Shown: positions 51,801 through 61,413 of the stretch, piece by piece
Numbering within the stretch: the first letter of the stretch is position 1
How the letters are laid out: the number at the start of each line of letters is the position of its first letter
Assembly: GCA_044892525.1 (NCBI GenBank)
Contig: CM097886.1
Location: forward strand, 17,608,001-17,672,000
Direction: 5' to 3'
Length of the DNA: 64,000 nucleotides
Source of the DNA: Schmidtea polychroa
Taxonomy: Eukaryota
The notes under the pieces: generated by a model
Seen by the model: the letters and a program-made list of their open reading frames with translations, nothing else
Database searches by the model: none
What the model was told of the DNA's origin: nothing
Translations under genes and position numbers: made by a program

Positions 51801-54800
51801 ATTGATAGTTTGTGCCCCCAGTTATTGTTACCATATTAGACAAAATGGATTCTCGTCTGGCTGGAAAGAGTACGTTAAGTCGTGCTGTTTCTAGATCTTC
51901 TGGGGAATACATACCACCGTTTGACACGTCTATAGGTTTGAAATCCAGCTCTGTGGCGAGTTCTATTAATCCAAATTTCTTGGGCTCCTCGGATATGGTT
52001 TTTCCCGGTAACATCATCCATTTCCCATCGGGCCTTTCATATAAAGGTCCGTATGCATTAGAACAGTTAAAGAGATTTGGGTAGAAACCCACTGGATTCA
52101 TAATTCTAGTGACTGGTTGGACGAATCGATTTTGTCCTTTATAACGAATTTCTAATTCATTTGCACATCTCTTTTCGGGTAGTATGGATTTTTCTGGCAT
52201 TCGTGCATACGTCTTGGTACACTGGTATGTGTACATCACTTCTCCTACCATTCTACCAAAGTGTCCATCTGGTAATGGGAGTGATGGCATCGTGTTATCT
52301 GGGTGCGTTATCGCAATAGCTAGCTTTGTTTTCAATATTTCTTTATTCAATGAACAATCGTTTTGTATCAGATCGTAATATACTTTTTGCAAGGTCGTTT
52401 GTCCGCGATGAAATAGAAAATCCATTTTATTATTTGCATATAAGTACAGTTTTACGTCCTCCGTTGCTATCTTTCCCACTGCTCTATCGATTATTTGTCT
52501 CGACATATAGATACCTGCGTAATTGGTTTTATATACTATACTGTCACATTTGGTGGTTTCTTTCTCTTTGATAAATCTCATACCTAGATCTGGATCGTCT
52601 GTGATTAATGCTGTTGGTGTCTTCTGCGTTGAAAGTCTCTTTTCTCTGGGAGATGGTGGCATTGGTTTTCCATTTCGCATTCTCACTCTGTCGTTTCCAT
52701 CCTCGTCGTTCTCGTTCTCATATATTTCTCCTTTTACTTCATTGAACAAAGCACTTTTTAACAGTTGGAGTCGGCATTTTTGGGTATTAGCTTCATAGAT
52801 TATAGTTGATACTCCTGTCCTGCATACGTTTTCTGTAGCTCTACACGTTGGGTTGGTCTTCATTTGGTAATTATTTGCGTCAAATTGCGCTTCGTATTCT
52901 TTTAATTCGACCGTGTAGGACTCGATCACTACAACTCCCGATATTACCTCGCCTCGGATCGTATACGTCCCTCCGTTACATGACCCATCTGATGATTTTA
53001 CTTTTCCGGATACGTAAACACTTTCGGTTTTAATCATTCCAGTTTGTCCGTGAATTGTCACTCCGTTATGCATTTTTAGCGCTCCGGTTCTAAATAGCTC
53101 TTTACAATCCTCTCGTTGTATTGATACGATTTCCTTATCCAGACCGGGTAATATAAGAGTCGAATACGAATATTGTCCACAGTAATATGCGAGTACCTTT
53201 TTTGATACTACGCATTCCCTTGCTTGCGTTCTGATGAAATCTGATTCTTGATATACATGGTAAGTAACTTTTGTTCTCACGATGTCCAATTTGTTGGGTG
53301 AGGCTTGTCTGCATTCTTCTATGTCTCTCAATGAGTATTTATCTCTCATTATCATGTTATCACAATCGTAGATGGTGAAACCTGTTGCTCCACTTGTGCA
53401 CAACATCCATATCATCATAGTCATCATTAACGAATTTATTGATGCTTTTCTGCTTGCGGGATCTTTCATCGGTAGTTCCCATTCTAGTTCATTTAACAGT
53501 TTTTTCAATCTAACTTGCATCGACCTTTCTTGCTCATTTTTCCGTGGCGCTTGTATCAGTCTTTTCCATCCTCCTGCACGAATAATATGTGGTTCAATAG
53601 TATTCTCTATGATTGAAACGGTCATTTCCACATGATTTGCAAACTGTTTATTTGGTATTTTCCTCGCAGCTAGTCCCATCAAATTATACATCAAATACGT
53701 GATTACCACTAGGTGATGTTCGTCATCATTTGCATTTGTCGTGAGCTGTTCAATCACTCTCTTTGTTTCGTCCCAATCCGTTTTGGTGGTTTTCGTTTTC
53801 TCTTTGATTAACTTTGGGATTATCCCCGAAATGGTGTGCCATAATTGTCTAGCTTCCGTACTGGCTACTTTCCGTTGCCACAAACGTCTAAGTTGTGGGT
53901 TTGTTATTATTAACATATCTTTTAACAATTCTCGTATCCATTTTTCTCCTCTTTCGATCGTTGGTTGGGCTTCCTTTAGATCCCATACTATTTTATCCAA
54001 TTTTTCTAATCGAACTTGCCCTTGTTTTTGCTTTAATTGTTCTTTGGTTTTGAACTCAGACTTTTCTCCTTGTTTCTTGGGTCTTCCTTTTGCCCGTTTT
54101 TCCATCATCGTTCCGGCTTCTCTGGTATTTTCGTAATTCGGATTTCTTTCGTTATCCGTTCTGGGTAATGAGCTATCGTTATTTCTTAGCCACTCATTCC
54201 ATTCGTCTATTATTTTGTCGGTTTGACTTTCTGGTGTTACTTTCGTTGGTTCTCTTTGCTTCTGGAATTGTTCATCCGTTTCGGTTTCCGTAGTATTGTC
54301 GATGATTTCTTTGATGTTCAGTTTCGTTGGTTGTTGATAACTCGTTGATGGCTGGTTATTAGTCCACATTTCGGCTCCTGTCGGCCATCTCACTAATAGC
54401 GGTGATCTTTCTCCTGGTTCATCGTCACTATCTTCCAGGATTATCTCTTCAACTTCTTCAGTTTCATTAGATTTACTTGGTGCTTTGTTCGGACTTGGAG
54501 TACTCAAACTGCCTTTTGTTGGTTTAATAATTTTACTTTTCCTTTTTAACGGTTTTCCCAACGTTTCTGCCATTGTTAATACATTTGTCTCTTCCAATCT
54601 CATGGGGGTTATCCCGACGTCTGCATTATCGTCTAGTGATTTTCCGAACAGTTGCAGATGGAATGGAGTTTCATATGCTAATTTCTTTTTTAATTCTCTA
54701 ATCTTTGTTGTTGGATGCACCTCTAGTTCCTCGATGCTCTTGTCCGGATACTTGATTCGGATGTGATACCTCTCCTGAGTGTCTTGTGCCCATTCCTGAT

Positions 54801-57800
54801 TTCTCCATTTTCGAATAATTTGTTCTAGCTGTTCTGGATACCATTCATTATATTGCCGGTATTCCTCTATTGCCTTTGCCATTCCTCTCAGATTGTGGAT
54901 GTTCTCTGATGTCTTTAAGATGATGTTAGCCAACGCTACTACTTGGCGTCTTTGATTTTTCGCTCCCATTGCTAAGATATCGCCTAATTGTTTATATCTT
55001 TCTTTCTCTTCTCGTTCTCTTGCTTCCGTCGCTTCCTCGCCGTCCATATCAGCATATTCACGTTCCTTTTTCCTCATTGCATGAATATGTCTCGCTTCAT
55101 TTTCGCTTTCTGATGTGACATCCGTCTCGCCTTCGTCATCTGATGTCTGTTCCCTTGCTTCCTCTTCATATTCTGGGGGTTCCTCTTCTTCTTCCTCCGA
55201 TTCACTTTCTGTCTCACCAATGTCTGTTTCTACGAAGATTCCTTTCCGGATTTCCCATTCCTTATTTTCTGCATTCCACACTCTTTCCCATGGGGTTCGT
55301 CTGCAGGATCTGGTATTTAATTTCGTGATTTTTCCTTGTAGCTCTTTTTCTTTTAACCATTGTTGGTGGATTTCAATTATTTCTGTAGATTTTTGATATA
55401 ACGTTTTCATCCGGTCTCGTATTTCTTTTTGATAGGTTACATCTCTTGTTCGAAATTCATCCATTGGTACTATCCTGATTATCTGATGATTGTCCCACAT
55501 ACCCATTTCGCTTAGCGAGGTGTCGTCCTCCGCTCGTAATATTATCTTATCGTACATCATGACTACATCATCCACCATACCATCACTACTTTCGCTACGT
55601 ACCTTTTCCGTTATCTCTTGGTTTATTTTTGATACCAAGTCATCCACTGTACTCTGATTGCTCATTTTTATTCGTCGTTTTTCTTCGTTCGGTAACCATA
55701 TGGTTATTTCCAACCTCTGTGGCTGGGTTTCTTTTAACCTTCCATATTTGTGGATCAAATTTATGGTTCTCCAATCACTCATTCGGAGCATTTCTGTATC
55801 TCGCAACCGGCTCATTAGTTCGTACATGGCTGGGGCTCGTCTGGTGATGAGTAAATCCCAGTTGTCTTCTACTTGTTCTTGAATTTGTTTGATCAGCTTA
55901 TCCAGGTTTCGTCTCAGAGTACATTGTTTTATTTGTTCTAATTTCAATTTGATATTAAAATCATATTCTGCCTTGGCATCTTTAGCCCAGTCGTAAAGGT
56001 TGGCTGGTTGTTTTTCTTTATGCAACTTCAGTATTTGCGTTTCTCCTGGCCATATTAGTGCATCTACTAAGTGCATATCTGGTTTGATCTGTTCTCCTTG
56101 GTATTGATACAGATATTCTTTCTTTCTCGAACTTCCCAAATGTTCTCGTATCCAATCGAAAAGTTCGTCGGTGACTGTATTTTTTATCCATATTCTTTCA
56201 AGTCCTCTACTCGTTCCAATTTTTATTACATACCGCGTGGTATCGGCCTGCTTCATTTTTTCCATATAATTTTTTATAATTGATTTTTCCTCGTTTGGTA
56301 TTAAATCTTTCTCGTTTCTTTCCAATTTCATCACTTTTTGCACGAATCGCCTGAATGGTATTACGTCAATGAACTCTTGGTTCCTCACTACTACTGGGAG
56401 TATTTCCGCTACTTGTTTTATCGCTTCCTCCCTTGCTTTTCTCAACTTTATTTCGATATCTTCGTCTTCACTTTCACTGGTTATCTCGTTTCCGCTTTCT
56501 TCCTCTTTAATTTCCCCTTTTGGGGGTTCGCTTATTTCATTCGGCTGTAGTATTTCTCCACCCAAACTACTTACATAATCTTCTTCTTCGTCTGACGATG
56601 CTACATCTTTTGTCCTTTTCATCATATTGATTTGCAAGTTTCTCATCCTTGGTACTCTCTTTAGTTTCTTTCTTTCGAATATTGTTGTTTCTTCCGATTC
56701 TGATTCTTGTAGCATTTGGTGGTTTAATTGACTGGTTTGTTCCTTGCTCTTGTTATTTTCATCTTCTGTCTCGGCTTTCGCTTTATTATGTTCTTTTTCG
56801 ATTTTATCTTTTATCTTTTTCCAGAATATTTTCTGAATTCTCTGGTTTCCTTTTAAAATCGTGGTTGAATTCTCTGTTTTTATTTCCGTTGTTATTTCTT
56901 TTACCTTTTCTGGTTCAGTCATGGGTACTACCCTTGGGCTTTTCCCGTAATTGTAGCAATACTGGCTCTTCATGTCTTTTACTAACTTCATCATATTTAT
57001 TCGCAATGGTTGTTCTTGTCGTTGTTGGTTGCGTTCTTGTTTTATCCTCTCTTCCTCGGCCTGTAGCCTTTGCCATTCTTGTACATGTTGATGCACTTCA
57101 TAATTGTTGAGATTTTCGGTACTCCTCATCATACGTATATTCTGGGTTTGTTGTGGTGCTGATTCTTGTCTTGGTCTCATCATTTGTTGCATCATCTGTT
57201 TCATCTGCGAAATTTCCTGCATAACGTTCATTTGTTTTCCTTCGTTAGGGTTACTTTGTCGTTGCGGATTCGCTATATAATTATTATTTCGCTGTGGTGG
57301 TCGTTGTTGTTGGCCCCTTTCTCGGCAATCTCTGGAGATGTGACCTGGCTGACCACAGTTAAAACAGCCTCTCAATTGGCATACATTTTCGGTATGTCCA
57401 CGCCGTCCGCAACGATTACAATTTGAATTTCTATAACAATCTCTGTCCCAGTGTCCTGGTTTACCGCATGTTCGGCACTGCTTGTTATCGTTCATATTTC
57501 GCCGATTATTGAAATTGTTCTCATTATTCGGGTTGTTACGATTACCATTATTCCCGTTTGATCGTCCTTGTGGTGGTTTGAAAATTTGGTGCGCTCCTGG
57601 TATAAATTGATTCATTTTCGGTTCTTGATTGTTGTTATCTCCGTTATCCGCTTTCGCTATTGCTGTCGCTATCCTTCCCTCCTCTTGCATAATATTCATT
57701 TGAGCTGGAAGGTGGAGCTCGCATCTTGTAGCCCAATCTATGGCTTCCTCTAATGTTTTGCACATTTGACAACCTACTGAGGCTCTTACTTCTTCTCGGC

Positions 57801-58230
57801 GTAATCCCTCTATGAAATAACCGATCAGATTTTCTTCGGGTAATTTTCCATTCATTGCTTTCTTCGCTAATCTCCGCAATTCACTGGCATATAATGTTAT
57901 CGATTCGTTTGCTCTTTGCTTCCTATTTGCTAGTTCGCCCAACGCCTGGTTGATTGGCTTACTGGCTCCGAAGGTTTTCTTCAGGAATGTTTTAATATCT
58001 TCCCACTTTTCTAATTTCGTGTCTCTCTCTTTAGCTTCTAAATATACCTCTAATGCACTATCGCACAAAAACAACGGCATCCTTTTACTAATTGCTTCGG
58101 GTGTCCATCCACACACAGTGATATAAACTTCAAAATTAGTTATGAACGTTGCTAGCTTGTTTGCATTTCCGTTGAACGGTTCTCCTCTGAACTTCTCTTT
58201 ATACTCGTCGGTTTTTACGACATTCGTCAT
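45820..58230 (-). CDS. gag-pol: E2 Gag-Env-Pol-ankyrin polyprotein (4,136 aa uninterrupted)
   Basis: One ORF with capsid, 3 CCHC, Ubl, Bcl-2-like, signal/glycoprotein (FTIYDC at 53380)/TM, DTG protease, YIDD RT, RNase H, HHCC+DDE integrase and ankyrins. Confidence 0.96.
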   Translation of the reverse strand: MTNVVKTDEYKEKFRGEPFNGNANKLATFITNFEVYITVCGWTPEAISKRMPLFLCDSALEVYLEAKERDTKLEKWEDIKTFLKKTFGASKPINQALGELANRKQRANESITLYASELRRLAKKAMNGKLPEENLIGYFIEGLRREEVRASVGCQMCKTLEEAIDWATRCELHLPAQMNIMQEEGRIATAIAKADNGDNNNQEPKMNQFIPGAHQIFKPPQGRSNGNNGNRNNPNNENNFNNRRNMNDNKQCRTCGKPGHWDRDCYRNSNCNRCGRRGHTENVCQLRGCFNCGQPGHISRDCRERGQQQRPPQRNNNYIANPQRQSNPNEGKQMNVMQEISQMKQMMQQMMRPRQESAPQQTQNIRMMRSTENLNNYEVHQHVQEWQRLQAEEERIKQERNQQRQEQPLRINMMKLVKDMKSQYCYNYGKSPRVVPMTEPEKVKEITTEIKTENSTTILKGNQRIQKIFWKKIKDKIEKEHNKAKAETEDENNKSKEQTSQLNHQMLQESESEETTIFERKKLKRVPRMRNLQINMMKRTKDVASSDEEEDYVSSLGGEILQPNEISEPPKGEIKEEESGNEITSESEDEDIEIKLRKAREEAIKQVAEILPVVVRNQEFIDVIPFRRFVQKVMKLERNEKDLIPNEEKSIIKNYMEKMKQADTTRYVIKIGTSRGLERIWIKNTVTDELFDWIREHLGSSRKKEYLYQYQGEQIKPDMHLVDALIWPGETQILKLHKEKQPANLYDWAKDAKAEYDFNIKLKLEQIKQCTLRRNLDKLIKQIQEQVEDNWDLLITRRAPAMYELMSRLRDTEMLRMSDWRTINLIHKYGRLKETQPQRLEITIWLPNEEKRRIKMSNQSTVDDLVSKINQEITEKVRSESSDGMVDDVVMMYDKIILRAEDDTSLSEMGMWDNHQIIRIVPMDEFRTRDVTYQKEIRDRMKTLYQKSTEIIEIHQQWLKEKELQGKITKLNTRSCRRTPWERVWNAENKEWEIRKGIFVETDIGETESESEEEEEEPPEYEEEAREQTSDDEGETDVTSESENEARHIHAMRKKEREYADMDGEEATEAREREEKERYKQLGDILAMGAKNQRRQVVALANIILKTSENIHNLRGMAKAIEEYRQYNEWYPEQLEQIIRKWRNQEWAQDTQERYHIRIKYPDKSIEELEVHPTTKIRELKKKLAYETPFHLQLFGKSLDDNADVGITPMRLEETNVLTMAETLGKPLKRKSKIIKPTKGSLSTPSPNKAPSKSNETEEVEEIILEDSDDEPGERSPLLVRWPTGAEMWTNNQPSTSYQQPTKLNIKEIIDNTTETETDEQFQKQREPTKVTPESQTDKIIDEWNEWLRNNDSSLPRTDNERNPNYENTREAGTMMEKRAKGRPKKQGEKSEFKTKEQLKQKQGQVRLEKLDKIVWDLKEAQPTIERGEKWIRELLKDMLIITNPQLRRLWQRKVASTEARQLWHTISGIIPKLIKEKTKTTKTDWDETKRVIEQLTTNANDDEHHLVVITYLMYNLMGLAARKIPNKQFANHVEMTVSIIENTIEPHIIRAGGWKRLIQAPRKNEQERSMQVRLKKLLNELEWELPMKDPASRKASINSLMMTMMIWMLCTSGATGFTIYDCDNMIMRDKYSLRDIEECRQASPNKLDIVRTKVTYHVYQESDFIRTQARECVVSKKVLAYYCGQYSYSTLILPGLDKEIVSIQREDCKELFRTGALKMHNGVTIHGQTGMIKTESVYVSGKVKSSDGSCNGGTYTIRGEVISGVVVIESYTVELKEYEAQFDANNYQMKTNPTCRATENVCRTGVSTIIYEANTQKCRLQLLKSALFNEVKGEIYENENDEDGNDRVRMRNGKPMPPSPREKRLSTQKTPTALITDDPDLGMRFIKEKETTKCDSIVYKTNYAGIYMSRQIIDRAVGKIATEDVKLYLYANNKMDFLFHRGQTTLQKVYYDLIQNDCSLNKEILKTKLAIAITHPDNTMPSLPLPDGHFGRMVGEVMYTYQCTKTYARMPEKSILPEKRCANELEIRYKGQNRFVQPVTRIMNPVGFYPNLFNCSNAYGPLYERPDGKWMMLPGKTISEEPKKFGLIELATELDFKPIDVSNGGMYSPEDLETARLNVLFPARRESILSNMVTITGGTNYQSGPNYELLLSPDHFQQATSNMMKAMWGRFLVFGQMMAGILGIILIIQIVRVILTQMLACFDIYKREKKVNWKMIVGFLPFLAKTMVLHGHSKDIHRIKRLIKILTKIKGTDEEVGRRFRKVMYDEATRRQLKKNKPKFLDRFRSQSSNSDSDDDDNGNDKCLYPNRNPNEKPMETAPYWEKEKTNTWIANGSYIPPDIVGPQAALTMTQNMYPQLPSQPGMHYMPTRRTKSVDQADDVRTIAAMSLPGGPAVTVMIQINGQETNAMIDTGANVSAIAINQIPSKHWKDIESTTIHIIACSKETVDVVGRWWTTLRYQDNEIETYLAVIPKLSVPCIIGTDLMPELLKEVVIDLTTMCLKDKTGRICKMNAVIRCPEKIIVPAKSQMICQIKVDTGMEGEVIFEPSKSFEKRRELPLAREIITINQEGVIPLNITNFEEEDKIIYENEKLGRLTPMMDIELPKVTNEMIKDDELWTIDSMLLTNDEKKKLHRLLVEYKDIFAISDLDLGTCDVTLHAIPLIDETPIALRPYKLAEMQKEIAEAEVQKMLDAKVIEPSCSPWQFPVVMVKKKDGTQRFCIDYRKLNAVTKRDTYPLPDINEMLLMLQGAAYFTSLDLKSGYWQIKVKDEDKEKTAFTLGRDLYQFRKMPFGLTNAPASFQRCMNFVTHGIKQCMVYIDDLLIYSATFEQHLEDIRNVFIRLRQWKLKLKPSKCDWAKEKVTFLGHIVSAKGKEPDPRNIEKIKTCPAPKTVTQVQEFLGLCGYYRKFIKNYAGIAKPIQELVKKDISFIWGKEQQEAFETLRDKLIEAPILVHPDFKKPFLLATDASGYAAGAILGQLDDEGKERVIGYYSRTFKKHEKNYSVTEREALAIIQAIKHFRYLLWGHEICITTDHQPLVWLGQHKEASSRLMRWAMQLQEYSPFIKFKAGRANANADCMSRFIFPDLVDSEMQRICLIVAEDLDFCQLRKDQQEDAELKQIIDYVKTGKTDVYAKDQKLKEHMDKHRHRYVIEKDWLLIMDGEKRLMCIPENRRKELLTQYHDGRLGGHMSSKKTLARMKQKYFWPTLTEDVTEWVKNCLTCATRKNTGSKWKAPLTPMPVPIEPMTMISMDVVGPLPESDKGNVYILVITDFLTKFPEAFAMPDQKAKTIAKILVEEICCRYGTPKQILTDQGTNFMSEIMSEVTNYFKIAKLRTSPYHPQTNGMTERFNGTLIQMLSNYVDRHQRDWDEYINLCLMAYRMSIHASTKMSPFKLMYGRECNMPMDLEYQPPISQYMEIDDYVTKFKERMQEIWETAGLNIKFYQESYKDLHDRKKNVKQHTFQTGDWVMIETPELIPGTTKKLQRNGKGPYEILFVGETNVRVKLVNNPFTRPIYVNVARCKSIPKTATSQPEGRTLTTRSQTYRMNMMQQLAEPITGRLGIQPSEAEKIVKEVKIRIPGWAKDRLDFEILGGLLTMIENYANRERTHPLLRVVKSQWPILFTITDHYGDTPLHKLMKVGNNEQILETIEAFHDCKRSTEQTNNQGYTPLMIAANRGKTKDIITALLDTGSKITTQDHERKNALHHAIEGRSTEAFTSLMELLSYEDNREVGNMYDGLLTATKEKLTTITGILITWRNPIQNDYMINVNEAFTRGENTLMREAMKGHHLFEIPNQLLERGIKFTNHKDEQLAKKRIDTFEKSLFQFTNQVRNKYWETVSVLYMMDTMNNIRENYLDIIQILTAEERINNPNGKKTKIRYGKSREPKLTTNQKVTNNVIETKSMSIDQEAIIRKAKEVFFEEMLELSDEIILSKIIKAVHTYARDQTTGLDIGKIKTFLPRAFTMVTKDSRTPLQQAILAAKENRAITIVRILGEMGEETNTKNEQGETAMMYAAITKIHPKTLHILHQSGSKLDERSNEGNSTLDWATIQPNLEMIRFICKNATKEEVENMCKNTSQFQWNTVRKNLEAMKLLLTWRVPQNNKYAININEFYENGENAMVKNTLTKGGTPKIILIF

Positions 58231-59493
58231 GATTGGTGTTCTAGGTTCGTCTGTTTCTTTTAAATTGTCTAACGATGTGACTAAACTTTGGGCTGATAAT
58301 TCCTCGGTTGACGTTGCTAAACTATTAGTGATATCGGACAGACTTTCTCTACTTCGAGATCGACTAGGGGTATATCCGAGATTTTCTTGGTCAAATATGG
58401 GTACTTGATTGGTTCTTCTGGATCCTTGTGATATTCCTCTTTGATGTTTAATGGATCGTCCTCTTTTGAGTTGTTGTAATTCGTCTCCTGAAAATAATAC
58501 GTCTCCTGGCTTACTAGAAGATCTAAGATTGGGTTTATCCGTGATTCCTTTCTTACGCTTCTTGGTAATTAGCGGCTATTGAATTGGTCGCGTTCGGTTC
58601 TGATTGTGTTTCTAATCCTTGGCAGATGGCTGCTAATACTTCTTCCGTTCGGGAGTCTTCCGGTTGCTGTGTCTCTCGGTGCGGGTTCTGAATGGATTTA
58701 TCCTTGGTTGATTGTCGATTTCTTCGAATTCCTTTTGTGCAGGTTCTGGATTGTCTTGGTTGGCTGGATTGGCTTGATATCTAAAATGAAAAAATGATCT
58801 CGTGTTGCATTTGCTTACACGACTTCATCATTCTTTCTACAACGTTCAAAAACAGACACCTTTTAGGTTTCTGTTTGTGCTTCCCCTATCTTTTGTGAAA
58901 TCCTTTCTGCGGGTTATAATATCCCATCAGCCCGTATTTTCCGTCGATTTTAAATTATCTATATGGGGTAGTAACAATTATCTATAAAGTCGTAATAATT
59001 ATCTATTCGTTATCAATTATAGTAAAAATAGGTCGTTGTCGGTCTCTGCTTATTACCCCCCTTTCATTTTCCTAATCCTTTTGCGCTGTTGTCGCTATTT
59101 TACTTTTCATGTTCACTATTATTACGCTCGGTTCTACTCTGGAACCAATAAAATGCATTTTCCCGGTTTAACCAACAAAAAAAATATTCCGTAGAGTTTC
59201 TCTACTTCACTGGGATCCCTTTAATTAGTTAGTTACTTTCCTCTTTACTCATTATCATCGTTTCATCTATTCTTTATTTTCTATTATCTCTTTAATTCGT
59301 TTCCTTCTTCCCTTTCCTTTTTCATTATAATCCTATTTTCTTTTCCACGAGCTCGTTTATTTCCTCTCTAAACTCGAATTTTCAAAATTACATTCAATTT
59401 GTTCTAGCTAGCTTTAATATTCCATATCACTAGTAATTTAAATATTATCTCATTGTAGCTTAACTGCTATCTCTCGCTTTTCTAGGCCTTTAC

Positions 59494-60005
59494 GACTGGC
59501 TGGCACTATTCAACAGCTCAATCTTCTTCCTTCTGATCGGTTGGACTATTCAACAACTCAATCTTACGACTGGCTGGCACTATTCAACAGCTCAATCTTC
59601 CTCCTTCCTGATCGGTTGGACTTTTCACAACTCGACCTTACGACTGGCTGGCACTATTCAACAGCTCAATCTTCCTCCTTCCTGATCGGTTGGACTTTTC
59701 ACAACTCGACCTTACGACTGGCTGGCACTATTCAACAGCTCGATCTTCCTCCTTCCTGATCGGTTGGACTTTTCACAACTCGACCTTACGACTGGCTGGC
59801 ACTATTCAACAGCTCAATCTTCCTCCTTCCTGATCGGTTGGACTTTTCACAACTCGACCTTACGACTGGCTGGCACTATTCAACAGCTCAATCTTCCTCC
59901 TTCCTGATCGGTTGGACTTTTCACAACTCGACCTTACGACTGGCTGGCACTATTCAACAGCTCAATCTTCCTCCTTGACCGGCTGGATTATTCGACAGCT
60001 CGGCT
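59494..60005 (-). repeat. Tandem array (74-bp dimeric unit) of 14 bulged stem-loop subunits in the E2 leader
   Basis: TACGACTGG recurs every 74 bp from 59491 to 59935; homologous to the E1 array. Confidence 0.95.
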
Positions 60006-60585
60006 TTAATATTCCTCGCTCTGCATGCTTCTATTTCTCTTTTCTTCTTTTACTCTAGTTTACCATTTTCTCTATCTACTTTTAATTTGTCGACTTAATC
60101 TTTACCGCTTGGGAGTGTTTCCCCTTTCTCCCCTTGCTCAAAACGCACGACGATCGCGATGATCCATTTCTACATTTGCATGGTGATCAGTCATGTCGCA
60201 AAAACTTCTCATCATATGCGATGGTACCCCGCCCTACGCTTCTTACTTGGGTTGATCAGTTATCCCCTCCCAACGGGTTCTTGCAATAAGACGTACCGCC
60301 CGAAGGTGGCTCGGTTTGTACCCCTGCAGTCTATATTGGGACTAATTCCACGTTATTCAACCCTCTCTTCATTTGATTCCAAAAAAAAAAAGGAATAAAA
60401 CAAAATAAACACGCAAATATTCATTCGTCATGCAAATTTTATTAGTCCTAATCATCAAAACTTTTTAAAGACGAATTTATTTATCATAAACATAAAGATT
60501 GAATCATTAACAGTACGTGTTACTTCAACAATTTCATGCATTCTTGTTCAAACATCGTATACTTGCTGTTACATCGCCGGCCGTT

Positions 60586-61071
60586 TCATTCGCCATAATA
60601 GACCATATGGGTCTCTTTTATTTCATATTTGCACATCGTGCATCTTTTTAGGTCTTTTATACACTCTTCACAGTGACTGAGGTGTCCACACGGCAAGAAT
60701 AATACGCGAATAGGACGGAGTTTGCAGGCTATACAAGTTCGTAATTGGTTAACTTTTTCCTGTATTTTTTGTTCGATTGCATCTGGTATTGTATTTAGTG
60801 AGTCTTTTAGACGCTGATAATCTAGATTTAATGTTGGGTGGTTCAATCTCTCTTGATACCACTGATATACGGTTTCGGGGTCTATTTTTCCATCTGGGCG
60901 ACTTAGGCCTGTGGCTAATATCATATGATTAGGTACGACTGGTGTTTGTCCGATTGCTTGCAGTAATATCGCGTTGATTTTTTCTCTTTTATGCGTCAGT
61001 GTTGTTAGGGAGTCGTTTTCTATATCGATAAACTTGAGCAGTTGTTGCATTTGGTTCGCGAATTCTGTCAT
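60586..61071 (-). CDS. Coiled-coil plus IAP-type RING protein (161 aa, E2 ortholog)
   Basis: CIAC...LFLPCGHLSHCEEC...KRCTMC..EIKETHMVYY. Confidence 0.85.
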   Translation of the reverse strand: MTEFANQMQQLLKFIDIENDSLTTLTHKREKINAILLQAIGQTPVVPNHMILATGLSRPDGKIDPETVYQWYQERLNHPTLNLDYQRLKDSLNTIPDAIEQKIQEKVNQLRTCIACKLRPIRVLFLPCGHLSHCEECIKDLKRCTMCKYEIKETHMVYYGE

Positions 61072-61388
61072 AGCTGTTGGAAAAGTAATGTTTTAATAAT
61101 ATGTAGTAAATTAATAGTTAATTCGTTAATTGGTTTCTTTAACCATTGTTAATTATTTAATTTGACTACTTTATCTCCTTTATTTATATATATCCTTAAT
61201 TTTTCTATTATCTACATTTTGCTTTTCTCTACTTAGTTCCTAATATAATTTAATAATCAATAGTCACTTTGCATTCGTCAAGCAACGGTCGGTTGAAAAT
61301 AGAAAATCGATGTGATAAATCCCTTTAATTTTGTATGAAAATCCCGGTGAATTTCGCATTCGTTAATAGAAATTTCGATCGACTGTAG

Positions 61389-61406
61389 ATCCCGGCTGAG
61401 CCCCCA
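61389..61406 (-). promoter_or_regulatory. Primer binding site, tRNA-Pro-like
   Basis: Minus strand TGGGGGCTCAGCCGGGAT, identical to E1 and with the same TGATTTT spacer. Confidence 0.85.
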
Positions 61407-61413
61407 AAAATCA